In this document: positions 14,458 through 29,229 of the stretch, piece by piece
Layout: each line of letters opens with the position of its first letter
How positions within the stretch are numbered: the stretch's first letter is position 1
Assembly: GCF_009914755.1 (NCBI RefSeq)
Contig: NC_060930.1
Length of the DNA stretch: 64,000 nucleotides
Source of the DNA: the human T2T-CHM13v2.0 reference genome, Homo sapiens
Reading direction: 5' to 3' (one strand)
Made by a program: the position numbers and the translations under genes
Notes under the pieces: model-generated
Database searches by the model: none
What the model was told of the DNA's origin: nothing
Seen by the model: only the letters and a program-made list of their open reading frames with translations

Positions 14458-14838
14458 CTGAAAAAAATTTAGCAGAATAGATCATCACAAGTGGTATTTT
14501 TAAAGGAAAATAGAAAATCTTTAAAATCATTACTTAAAACATTCTAATTCCTTCAGTATTTTTTCAGAACAATGAAGACCCTTATTTTTCTGTTTGAATG
14601 TATTAAACTCTACTCACAGTCTGAGAAAGCTTTCCATCTTTACGAAATGTGGAGGAAAGTTTCAGTGTGTCTCTTCTCCCCATCCACTTTGGAGGGTTTG
14701 AACTGTGACGAAAGCCAGTTGGGAAGACTGTTTTGGAAGGAGACACGCCCTGATAGTGCTGGTGGCACCAAGAATTTCCCCACTCCTTCTGGGACTGATC
14801 CAGCAGAATGAATCAAGGAGCCATACAAACAAATTGTG

Positions 14839-15160
14839 AGCCGGGCCTAATGGCTCACACCTGTAATCCCAGCACTTTAGGAGGCTGAGGCAGGAGAATC
14901 ACTTGAGGCCAAGAGTTTTAGACCAGCCAGGGCAACATAGCAAGACCCCATTTCTACAGAAAAACAAAAAAATTAGCTGTGTGTGATGGTACATGCCTGT
15001 GGTCCCAGCTACTGGAGAAGCTAAGGCAGGAGGATCATTTAAGCCCAGGAGTTCAAGATTACGGAGGGCTATAATCACACCACTGCACTTCAGCTTGGGT
15101 GACAGAGTGAGATCTTGTCTCTATTTAATCTATTTACTTTTCTTAAAAAAAACAAACAAA
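14839..15160 (+). mobile_element. Alu (AluJ) with TSD aaacaaattgtg
   Basis: Diverged dimer with flanking direct repeat. Confidence 0.88.
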
Positions 15161-16469
15161 ACAAATTGTGCCCTTTGTGGCAGTAATCCCTGGCTTATAA
15201 ATTATCTTCAGAAAATATTTGAAAGTGGTAACTATTAGTACAGACTGTTTTGTTCATTTGTTTGTTTGTTTGCAGCTGATACATTCCTCAATGGCAAAAC
15301 CTTTACCTCCACCTCGGTTTTTATTCTCCCTAATGTGTTCCACTTCCAAAGGTAACTAACAAAGACACCCTATATTCCGAAATCTCCCTCCTCCCCCATC
15401 TGCCAACTGGATGCTGAGACCCAGGGTGGCCTTGCGGCTGATGTGTTAAGGACAGCAGTGCCTCTGTCAGCCTACATCCCTGAATGACTCCATGGACACA
15501 AACACCCACTCACCACTCCCACTTTGGCCAGCTAGGTACAAATACATGGAACTTTCTATGAGCAGGTAACAAACATCCTTTATGTTAAGTCACTGAGATT
15601 CTGGGATGCCTCTATTAAAGAGCTAATGTCACCTTAATTACAATTGTAAATTAAATTAATTAACAATTGTTAATTAAATTAGTATTTGTATTGTGTTGAC
15701 ATTATCACCTGGGGAAAAATTTATTGGAGGGGAGAGATTTGTCGTTGTGGGTTAATGCTCTATTTCTAGAAATCTCCATCAGCCTCTTTCTCATCTTCCC
15801 TATTAGTGTAGAACTCAAAGGTTCTGGTGTTCCCCAACTCTTCACCAACTTAAAGGCAGCTGCCATCTACTCAACTACCATCACTACAAACTACTTTTTT
15901 AAAGGTGTGGATGAAGTTCTCTCAAATTGGCAGAGACCTCCTTGTCCCGAGTAGTTTTATTGCATTCAATTAGTTGTGTATCAATCACCTGGAAATTTCA
16001 TTACATAAAATATTTGGCTCACCGATCCTAAGCATTAAGTAAAGTGCTACTATAAAAGGAAGACACTTGTTAGCTTAAATTAAATTTCAAACGATATGCA
16101 AAACTTAAAATGCTTTGCTCTAAATGTTGATATACTATTGCTTAATGATTATATAATCACAGGAGAACATTAAATAAAATATTTTAAGTACTGTTATAGT
16201 GACATTTTGCAAATCAAGAATTAAAATACAGATCTGAAAACATCTTTTTTGGGAAGAGGGGAAGCACTTCTGGATGCAAGAGGTATTTTGAGGGACGCAG
16301 TTTGCCAAAATATGGGAATGTGAAAGTCATTTCAGGAATTTCTGGGTAGTGTTTCTCACTAAGAAACTGTTTTTAAAAACAAGCTCCTTGGGGTGTTTAT
16401 GCGTACCAGACATTGGAAACTACTAATCTCCTGCAATGAAAAACAGTGTACTGAAACTCTACCAGTCTT

Positions 16470-16710
16470 GAATATCTGACTCATATCCTTCAGATGTCTC
16501 CATGGCTGCCTCCCTCATTCAGGTTTCTGATTACATGTCGCCTCCTCCGAGAGGTGCACCATCCTCGACCACCCTAGACAAAAGAGTACACACGGGTGCC
16601 AGACGCCCTCTCGTTACATTTACGGAAACTTGATGCACTGTGTGTTCTCAGCACCTGGCACATAAAAGATGGTGGATAAATGTTTGCTGAATGAATAAAT
16701 GAGTGAATGT
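16470..16710 (+). mobile_element. L2 3' fragment
   Basis: cagcacctggcacata...ataaatgtttgctgaatgaataaatga is a typical L2 terminus. Confidence 0.7.
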
Positions 16711-16812
16711 TCAGTATGATGATGCTGGAAGGTGTGATCGACTTTCCTCACACAAGATTATTGCGTTTACAAAATACAACACTGGTCATCTCTGGGAATT
16801 AGGATTATGAAC

Positions 16813-16988
16813 TTTTTATTTTTTATTTTTTATTTTTTGAGATGAGTTCTCACTCTGTCATCTAGGCTGGAGTACAGTGGCAGTGATCAGAGCTCACTGC
16901 AGCCTCGAACTCCTGAACTCAAGCCATCCTCCTACCCTCAGCCTCTTGAGTTGCTGGGATTATAAGTGTGAGTCATTGCACCCAGGTT
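16813..16988 (-). mobile_element. Alu monomer (FRAM/FAM-like)
   Basis: Single right-arm-like monomer with T-rich tail. Confidence 0.8.
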
Positions 16989-17215
16989 AGGCTTTTCTTT
17001 TTTTTTTACATTTTTCTCTTCAAATTTTCTAAAATGAACATATATTACTTATATAACAGAAAAAGAATGTTTTAAAGAAAACAGATTTTTAAATATTATA
17101 TACTCTGCCCAAATCATACTCTGAATTGACCTTCATACTTAACTGTAATAAGCTAAATTCTTCCCATCAAACTGTCACAGTATAACTGTCTTATAAAAAA
17201 CAGAAGATAACTCAC

Positions 17216-17343
17216 CTGGGGGATCACCATAACGACACCACAGGCCAGTGCACTGCAGAAAAGAGAGTAGGCCAGGACTGTTCTCCTCCCGACCTTGTCC
17301 ATGGCGATGCACACGAAGGTGTAGGCGGGAATTTCCACTACAC
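17216..17343 (-). CDS. SLC22A16: SLC22A16 exon 5 (128 nt)
   Basis: Weak acceptor caatgacag|GT, donor CAG|GTGAGT; encodes GVVEIPAYTFVCIAMDKVGRRTV...VIPQ. Confidence 0.96.
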
Positions 17344-18567
17344 CTGTCATTGAGCAAGCAGCCCTCTATAAGTCTAGGTACCCGACTGCAAAAGGGGACC
17401 CCCGTCTTCTAACCCACTACCCAAAAGGCATGAGCAGCCCTCTCCTCACTTCTGGGGCCTTTAGAAACTCTCTAAGAATTGCTGCGAGGCAGCCAGCCCC
17501 GCCACTTTTAAACTCACTACAGTAAAGATGAGCGTTTCCTGTGAAATGCTCTAATGCTCATAATCCGCCTGGCACCTGCAAATGGCACAAAGCCAGAGCC
17601 CAAATTCCCACCAGCCCCAAACTGTCTCAGGAGATAAAAACTTGTTCAAAAATTTCACAGCCGAGAATTATTGAACAGAAGCACCCATCTGCAAGAGTAC
17701 AAGTGAAAAATCCAAAACGGTAGATAATATAAAACCATGTGTGTTTGTCTTTGGAAACATTTTTGTATTTATGAGATTGCCCAGTTTTTTGACAATTTAT
17801 GTCTTTGGCAAAAGTAAAAAACTATGTCATGAAGATCTAAACTTCTAGCCTTCCTAAGCTTCTGCATCCACACTCCACCCCACCTACCATTGGCCACTCT
17901 GTTCTAGGGATACTGCACCATCTCAAATTGTCATAGAGAATGAGTTTGAAGTCAAGACAGGCTCTTTCTATAAACTTGTTAGTTTGCTTCAAAAAAAAGA
18001 GTAAATCTTTTTTTCTTAAAACGACTTCTCTCATAATTCCTGCTGAGCTATAATGAACAAAAACAGATGTGTCTGCTGAGGAAATCAGAAAAAATAACCA
18101 GATGTGCCGTCAGAGCACTTTAATGAGATGGCACGATGTCTACGTATAAAAATTTAGAAGCAAGATGTTTTGAGGATAATATAAAATACAGGCAGCCTAC
18201 ACAGCAATAAGCAGGAGTTAAGACTAGATGGATAAAAAGAGGTTTCTAATATTTCTCTCACGTTTTAGTTTAAATTTGGTTTACACTAGGAGTCACATCT
18301 CAAGCTATCTAAAGTGATTTAACCTGCCATTAAAATGAAAGAAGTACAACAACATAAATTATAGTTGCATGTATTTAAAAGTTATTTTACTAACTAAAAT
18401 TTATAAATTAAGGACACTTGAAGGTTGAGAGGTGCCAGATAGCCAAGGCATATTAAATTTTAAAAGGGAAGCAACTTACAAAGAACAATATATAGTGAGT
18501 GATCTCATTTATGTTAAAATATAAAACATTAATATGCACAAATATATGAAAATGCGTAGAAACAGAT

Positions 18568-20553
<1,986 letters not shown>

Positions 20554-20739
20554 TATGTACATGTGTTACAACATAACACTAAGAGATATCATAATAATAT
20601 GGTTGGCAGTATTGTTCCTGGTTTTAAAGGGCCTATTAAAAACATTCTTTTTCTCAAATTCACACAGAAACAGACACACACACACAAATGGTAGAAATCT
20701 CACTTCACTGCCAAATTTAAATATACTGTAACTACTTAC

Positions 20740-21271
20740 CCAGGAGGAAGAGGTTTAAGTATTCATTGCCTCCTAAGTTAACAGAATTCAAGGAAAACGA
20801 GTAGAATCCCAAACTTCCAGTGAACCAGATTAGCCAAACGGTAAGTGTCCTTTTCGTAATGCTCCAGTTATAAAACAGATATGATAGGTTGTGCTTCTGA
20901 ACTTCAGTGGGGCTATTACTAACAGGACCTTGTAGGTCCAGTGATAAAAGTTCTGACAGTTTACAGGAGCTTGCCCTGTTCCACTTGGCCATGATGTCAA
21001 CTATTTTTTGTGCTTCTTCATATCGTCCCTCTGAGAGAAGCCAAAAAGGTGTCTCTGGGAGCACCCAACAGCACAGGATAAAGGGGACAGTCACTGTGGA
21101 GAGGATCATCTGGTAAAGCCACCAGGTCCTGACCAAGTATCCTGTCAAAGCCACCAGCAGGGTTCCAACTGCAAAAAAGGAATGCAAATGGACAGACGCC
21201 CATGTCCGAGACTTCATGCCAATGAATTCCATCACATAGACAAACCCCACCACAAGATAGCCACTTGCAAC
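20740..21271 (-). CDS. SLC22A16: SLC22A16 exon 4 (532 nt)
   Basis: Acceptor tgtttttcag|G, donor G|GTAAGT; encodes VASGYLVVGFVYVMEF...LPETPFWL...EYLNLFLL (ORF 20732..21349). Confidence 0.97.
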
Positions 21272-21709
21272 CTGAAAAACAAATAATAGGGATTTATATT
21301 CAAGGTCACATTTATAACTATTGAGGAGTCTGACCCCATTGCAAATCACATATAGGCAAAAAAGAAAATGACAAAGACTTGCTTTCTGAAACCCCTATCA
21401 GATGTATAAAATGACATTCAATCCGATCTATCTTTTTTTCTTATAGGTCCTTTCATCTTCCCTCATCCTCCCCACCCCAAATGGCAAAACTTGAGAGATT
21501 ATTTATGATATAAATGTTAGACATTGTCTTTTGTGTCATCTAAATATTTCATTATACTGTGGATGTATTTCTCCATTCCTTGTAAATGCATACATCAAGT
21601 TATCTGTATCCAGGAGGTCCTTATTGTTAAATCCTAACTGCTAAATGGAGACAAAAAAATTTACGCTAACTAGTGGTAAGAAAAACTGATTTAATTAAAA
21701 TTCTATTTT

Positions 21710-22640
21710 GACAGGCAAAGAAGACAAATTAGACTTCATGAAAATTAAAACTGTGCATCAAAGAACACTATCAATGGAGGGAAAAGGCAACCTGCAGAAC
21801 TGGATAAAATATTTGCAAATCAAATATCTGATAAGGGATTTTATGGAGAACTCCTAAAATCCAACAACAGCAAAAACACAGACAATCCAATTCAAAAATG
21901 GGCAAAGGCTTTGAACAGACATTTCAAACAGAAGAAATACAAATTTTTACCAATCATTGAGAAATGCAATTCAATGCTACAAAGAGATACCCCCTCATAC
22001 ACATTAGTGTGGCTAATTAAAAAAAAAAATAACAAGTTTTGGCGGGAATGTAGAGAAACTGGAACCCATGTGTAATATGTGAGAGAAATGTATAATGGCA
22101 CAGCCTCTAGGAAAAACAGTATGACGATTCCTCAAAAAACAATTACAGCATGATCCAGCAATTCCACCTTTGAGTATATACCCAAAGGAATTGAAAGTGG
22201 GGTCTGGAAGAGATGTTTGCACATGCCTGCTCATAGCATTATTCACAACAGCTAAAGCATGGAAGCAACCCCCCAAGGGTCCGTCCATAGATGAATAGAT
22301 AAGAAAAATGTAGTCTATGCATACAATGAATATTATGCTAAGGGAAATAAGCCAGTCACAAAAAGACAACTATCATATGATTCCGCTTTCATGAGGTACC
22401 TAGAGTGGCCAAACTCATAGAGACAGGATGTAGAATGGTGGTTGTCAGGGGCTAGGGAGACAGGGAACAGAGAGTTATTATTCAATGGACAGAGTTTCAG
22501 TTTTGCAAGATGAAAACGAGTTCTGAAGATGCACAGTGGTGATAATTGCACCACAGTATGAATGCACTTAATATCACTCAACTGTACACTTAAAAATGGT
22601 TAGGATGGTAAATTTTGTGTTATATGTACTTTACCACAAG
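21710..22640 (+). mobile_element. L1MB-type 3' end
   Basis: End of ORF2 plus 3'UTR ...cagagtttcagttttgcaagatgaaa...ctgtacacttaaaaatggt. Confidence 0.85.
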
Positions 22641-25368
22641 AAGGAAAACTGGGGAAAAACTTTATTTTGGAAATATGACTATCTTTAATAAAAATTAGAT
22701 TACAATATGTGATTAGAATATAATATGTGACCATTCTTGAAATAAACAAAGAATGAGTCCATTGATGGGTTTTTTGGGAGGAGGAGGGGAAGAATTTTTT
22801 CTACAAAATTTTTTCATATTTGACTTCTACAACACAAATCATACAATTAACTTTTGTAAAATTATTCGAGAGCACCACTCCCCAAAGGCTTCTCTTAATC
22901 ATTAGATATTTGAATCATACTCTTTCAAAGGCTCATTATGTGATTATCCTTGCAGATGTTAATTTCTTCAAAAGTTAACAGGTCTCTCTGCCAGATCCCC
23001 ACTGGCCAAAGGTTGTGGGCAGGATTCAGGCAGTGTTCCCCTGTTCCCTCACTGCTTTTAAAGACTTTTTGTAAACATGTGTCCCTTGTAATAACTGCAA
23101 TTTCTCCTTGCATTGGACAGTCACAAAGAGGCCGGCCTACAAGGATATTCCTGCTGTCAGAAAGGGTTGACACTAGCAGGAGGCAGGGAGGTGCTTGATG
23201 AGGACTACTGTATTCATAATCAGTTTAATATTTTTGTGACAACAGCTTTTATTTCCCTGTGCAACTTTGTAATGGCAAGACTCAGATCATCGGGACCCTA
23301 CATCTAACAATCCAGAAGTCGCTTTTGGTAAGCGCTGCTGTTACATTAACAAAGATTGTGATAACTTTCAAATACTATAAATTTCCCAGTTAAATTAAGC
23401 TGTAATATTTGTCCCTGTCAGGTTTTTCAATGCTAATTATTTCTCATGAGTCAGCTACAACTTCCTCTGTTATTGGATTCAGAAAATCCATATACAACTA
23501 ACTCCAAAACACTCTGTGAATCCACTCACACCCATCCCTTCCACTGATAATAATACTCACATCTTCTCGGAATCCACCCCCTCATAGCAGCCAGAATTCC
23601 TGGAATCCCTTTTGTGGATTGCCATTGCCTTTAGGAGATAGAGCAAAATCCTGACAATCCTACAAAGCCCCACCTAACCGCCTTGATCCCTTCAGCCTCA
23701 TCAATGCGTCTCTCCTCCTCTCTATTCTCCAGACATTCCGGCTTTTCTTTCTCATCTCAGGGCCCTTTCATCCACTTCTATCTTTGCTGGAATATTCTTC
23801 TCTCACCCATCCCTCACAGTGAGAAAACCCTTGACCCTCCAGACCCTGGTGAACGCTCCAGACCCACTGATGTTATGCCCTCACTGTCAACATTTTATTT
23901 ATTTTTGAAGATGGCTGATCAACGTCTTGCCTTTCCTACTAGACTTACTGAGACAGCTGGGTCTGGTTTACTTAGCATTACACTCTGTAGACAGATCAAT
24001 AAATGTGTTGAGTAAATGAATCTGCCTGCATCTCCCATCCACAGAATTCCCCCACAAATCCATTCCCCATGAACATCAACGGAAACAGTCACAGAAAATT
24101 AAGGCCACATTTCACGGATGTATTCTATGGGTGTGGCCTTGTTTCCTTGGGTATAGAAGCCAACGCGTGGTATTTTGCAAGACTGAAACAGATATTTTCA
24201 GAAATATCCTCTTAAGTCTTCCAAAAGATGATGTTTATACTTTCTTAGTACCTGTGCCTTTGTGGAGCCTTCAGTCCCACCAGAAGGTTTCTCTCGTGAA
24301 ATCTCACTCTACAGTCACAGAGTTATGTCCTCAGTGGAAACAGAACTACTGGTTGCTATCTTGTATTTAAAACTCTTTACATTCCTAAATATATATATTT
24401 ACTTTTTAATGAGGTACAACACCTTCCAGTCTCCTAGATTTATTTTTATGCATCTTCCTTATCCTTGGCCAACTGTATGGTTTGCTAGAAACCCTTTCTA
24501 TCCATCAAAAAAGACTCCAAAACTGACACCCCATCTTGTTCTCTGAGGGGGTGCAGAGAGATTGAAGCCCTTTGCTTCTCTCCAGACCCTCAGACCATCC
24601 AACCTGCTGCTCTGCATTTAGCAAGATCACAAGCTCCTCCTCCAGATGGAAACTTCCCTCTATTATTCTTGATGTTGCTTGATAGTTGGAAATCTATCTG
24701 GAAGCCTCACTGAGCATGGAAACAGCCTCCTTGCTCGCTAGTCCATTTCTAGTAAGTTACCATTGTAATCAGGTGCTGTACTGCGGTTGTTTATACTTAA
24801 TCTCACTGAATCCTGAGAATAATAATAATAAACACAGATTCTTTTCTACAGTTTACAGACTGCAACCAAAGGTTCAAAGAGGATACTGATCATACAACTA
24901 ACAAGCCAATATATGACAATGCTGGTATTCAAACTCGTGCCCTTTCCACTAAACTGCCGTTCCTGGTAACATAAGGACCTAATGCCCTCCTGTTTTCATT
25001 CTTCCTGTACATTATACAAGTGACTTTAACCACACACCTCAACTGTCTGTTTGCTCATGTGAACAGGCCCTGACTAGACCAATATGATTACTCAGAAAGA
25101 AAATAATGCCTCAGTAATTGTGACATGTGGACCACATGCCCGACACAGAGGCAAACACACTTCTGCCTAGCCAGCAACAATTTTTCACTTTAATGAGTTC
25201 CATTCTAAACATAAGGCATTGGTATTCTGTAGGCAGACTTCTGCAGTGGAGTGGACAAAGATGAGTCCTTGATCTCGCTCACTAGATCTTAAATGAGCAA
25301 AATGATGAGAGTTAAGGTTTCCTATGAAAAACTGCAGCAGAATTAAAGAAGTAAAAAACACAACTCAC

Positions 25369-25486
25369 CATGGCAAGAAAAAAGCGAGCAGCCATGAAGG
25401 TGTAATAATCAACTGCAAACGCCGCTGCTATTCCAAACAAAAACATGCTACTGCTTGTGGCCCACAAGACCACCCGGCGTCCTAGC
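25369..25486 (-). CDS. SLC22A16: SLC22A16 exon 3 (118 nt)
   Basis: Acceptor tatttttcag|G, donor ATG|GTGAGT; encodes LGRRVVLWATSSSMFLFGIAAAFAVDYYTFMAARFFLAM; too short for the ORF track. Confidence 0.96.
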
Positions 25487-25989
25487 CTGAAAAATAAGAG
25501 TCACACAGTGGAAGAGGAAAGGTAGAGTTGTAACAGTTTAAACATCCACTCCAATTCATAAAAGATAGGCATTACCTATATACCTTGAATAGCTTATGTA
25601 TTGATTGTTTTTCTTTTATTTATTTTGAGCAAACCATAAGTTCCATGGCTTCTTTAAAAGACCAGCTGTTCAGTGGAGAGGCCTTTACCTGAGTTGCTAA
25701 TATACATACCTGATCACTCTGAGTCATCCCCGCAGGACCCTTTAACCTGGGATTGGGGGAAGAGAGGAGAGAATTTGTCCTCTCCCTTTCAGGACTTTGG
25801 CTCTCTGTGGGATCATCTTCCCTGCCAGGCTGGCTCTGTCCACTAAGGCTATGACAGCTCTTGCCAAGCCCCTCTAAAAACAGAGGTCTTGCTACCTTCT
25901 TCTTCTAGAATAATGTGCTTACTTGCCCTATCTTTTCATAATTGAAAGAGGCATCTCTTTGTTTAAAAAACAAATAATATCTGACAGAT

Positions 25990-26945
25990 TTTAAAATTGT
26001 GATATAATTCAAATGCCATAAAATTCAACCTTTTAAAGTAGACAATTTGGTGGTTTTTAGTATATTTGCAAGGTTGTGCAACCATCATCATTCTTTAATT
26101 CCAGGATACGTTAATCACTCCCAAAAGAAACTCTGTGCCCAGAAGCTGCCACCCCCTCTTCCCTGCTCCCTCCAGTCTCTGACAACCACTCATCTACCTT
26201 CTGTCTCCATAGATTTGCCTGTTCTGGACATTTCCCATAAATGGAGTCAAACAATATGTGGCCTTTTGTGTCTGACTTCTTTTCCCTAGCATTAGATTTT
26301 CCAGCTTCTTCTGCGTTGTAGCATGTATTAGCACTTCATTCCTTTTTTCTCTCTGAGTAGCACCATTATACGGATAAACCACATTTTATCTATTCATCAG
26401 TTGATGGCTCATTTTCCTCTTCTTGGCTATTATGAATAATGCTGCTCTGAACATTCATGAACAAGATTTTGTGTGAACTTAGGTTTTGAATTCTCTTGGG
26501 TATATACCTAGAGTGAAATTCCTGGGTCATATGGTAACTCTATGTGTAACATTTTGAGGAACTGCCAAACTGGTTTCCAAGATGGCCGCCCCATTTTTCC
26601 ATTCCCACCAGCAATGTATGAGGGTTTTGATTCTCCACATTCTCCCCACTACTTGTTACTGTCTGCCTTTTTTATTATAGCCAGCCCAATGGCTGTGAAG
26701 TAGTATCTGATTGTGGTTTTTATTTACAATTCCCTAATGATTAATGATGTTGAGCATCTTTTCAAGCGCGTATTGGCTATTTGCATATATTCTTTAGAGA
26801 AATGTTTATCCAAATTCTTTGCCCATTTTTGAATTAGTCTATTGCTTTTTTAATATTGAGTTGTAAGAGCTCTTTATATATTCTGGATACTAGACCCTTA
26901 TCAGATATATAATAAGCAAATATTTTCTTCCTATGGGTTGTCTCT
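25990..26945 (-). mobile_element. L1MB-type 3' end
   Basis: Reverse-complement L1 3'UTR/ORF2 end (gatttgcctgttctggacattt...cattcccaccagcaatgtatgagg). Confidence 0.85.
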
Positions 26946-27099
26946 GACAAATAGTTTAAGGCAAAAGAATATTGTCTGGAGAGTCCAACCAACAGATTTG
27001 CTTGGTGCAGCAGAGGATATGCAAATAAATAAGAAACCATCATCTTCACACTTCAGCCTTCTTTGCTCCTTTGCACATTAGTAGAGATTGTTGGCCCTA

Positions 27100-28560
27100 T
27101 ATATGAATGTTCCCCAATCTAATTTTATCCCTGAATGCCACCTAAAACTATTTTTACCTATCACTGCTTGACCCTCTCTCCCACCTCAAACAACTTCTCT
27201 CTCTGTAGATGAACAGCCATCTCCTGCAGAGAACAGAGACCATCAAAGAGGAAGACCCACAACTTCCTGCTCTGTCCACTTACCAACATGACCTGCATCT
27301 GCATTCAGCCTTCTCTTCCTGCCTCTCTGAAGACACATGCCCCTTTCTCTCCAAATATCATTTTGCAATCTTTGTATCGGCTTGTGCCTCTTCCCACTTC
27401 CTCTGAAACCCTTCACTTCTTTTTCCTTTGTTTTTCCCTCTCCTTTGACTTCTTCCTTTCAGTTTAGTCTCCTCCAACCAAAGACAAGAACCTTCTCTTG
27501 ACCCCATTGCTCCTTTAGCCACGTTGCATTTCCTCCCTTGACAGATATATCAGAAGGGAGTATTTCCTTCCTCAACTCCTACATGTTTCCTCAGCCAATG
27601 ATGACCAGGTGCAACCAACTTTTCTGAGCTCATTTTGCAGTCACCAGGGACCTGCACATTGCCTCTCCTGGTCCTTTCTGCCTGTCCTCTCTAATGCCAC
27701 TGACCATGCCTACTCGTTAGACCCCTGCTGTCCTTTGGCTTGTAAAACATCCCTCTCACCTGGTTCTGCTTGTACCTCCCTGATGACCCGCCTGCCTCAA
27801 AGCTGGACTCCCTAAAGTCCTCTGCTGCACACTCTGCCCTTGTGATTTCATCCACTTCCCTGGCTCTGATTCCTAAGTATGGGCTATTAACTCCCCACCC
27901 ACCATCTGGCCCCAGTTGCTCTTCTCTGCTTTAATGTCCTGCAGAGCTGCAATCTCTTGTTGCTGTTGTAATTGGTATTAACTTTGAACACATCTTCACT
28001 TTGTTTTTCTTAATATAGGGATAGGACTTTGTTTTTCTTAATAGGGATAGGACAAGCTCACTGGAATATATCCAAACGTGTTCCCTTCTCTTCTAAAACT
28101 GCTCTCTCCCTGGTATTTCCTGAATTGGTTAGCAAAATCTCCTTCCATTAGGCTTCTAAACCTTAATACATTCCTCCGCTCCCTCCTGCATATTCGTCAT
28201 CAGATTATGTGAGTTTAGAAATGCCTCCCAAATATGTCTTCATCTTTTCCTCCCTGCTTTTCCCGCTTTCACTCAAGTCTTCACCATTTCTTACATCATT
28301 CATCCCACTAGCTTCCCAGCTGGTCTTCCTAACCTCATGTCAGTACACCTTCCACACTTCCTAGAAATAAAATAATCCCCATTGTGGTTTTGTCTCTTGT
28401 CATTTCCTTTCACAATCTGCCCTTCTCTACTTCTGCCACACTGACTTTCCCACAATTCTCTGAACATGCCAGGTTGTTTCATGACACAAAGCTATTCCTT
28501 TCCCTTGGGGGCCTTCTCCATCTGACAACTTCCATTGATCATTCCTTGGGGTCTCATAGC
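27100..28560 (+). mobile_element. Degenerate L2 fragments
   Basis: Pyrimidine-rich L2-like segments; boundaries uncertain. Confidence 0.5.
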
Positions 28561-28770
28561 AAAAATTCAGAAACAGTGTGATGCAGTAGTTGGGGATGCT
28601 GGCCTGGGCTCAAATCCCAGCTCCATCCCTTATTTTCCATGTGAACTTTCTATGCTTCCTTTTCCCTACTGGTTAAAAAAAAAGGAGGGGGGGGCACAAT
28701 AGTGTCTATCTCACAGACCTCTTTAAATAATTAAATGAGATGATATATAAGACATTTAGAATAGTACCTA

Positions 28771-29145
<375 letters not shown>

Positions 29146-29229
29146 TCATTGAAATTGTCAGTTCAAAAGTCTATATTCTCCACTGTTAGCTCCTTAAGGG
29201 TGGGATCAGATCTTATTTCTTTGCTTTTT

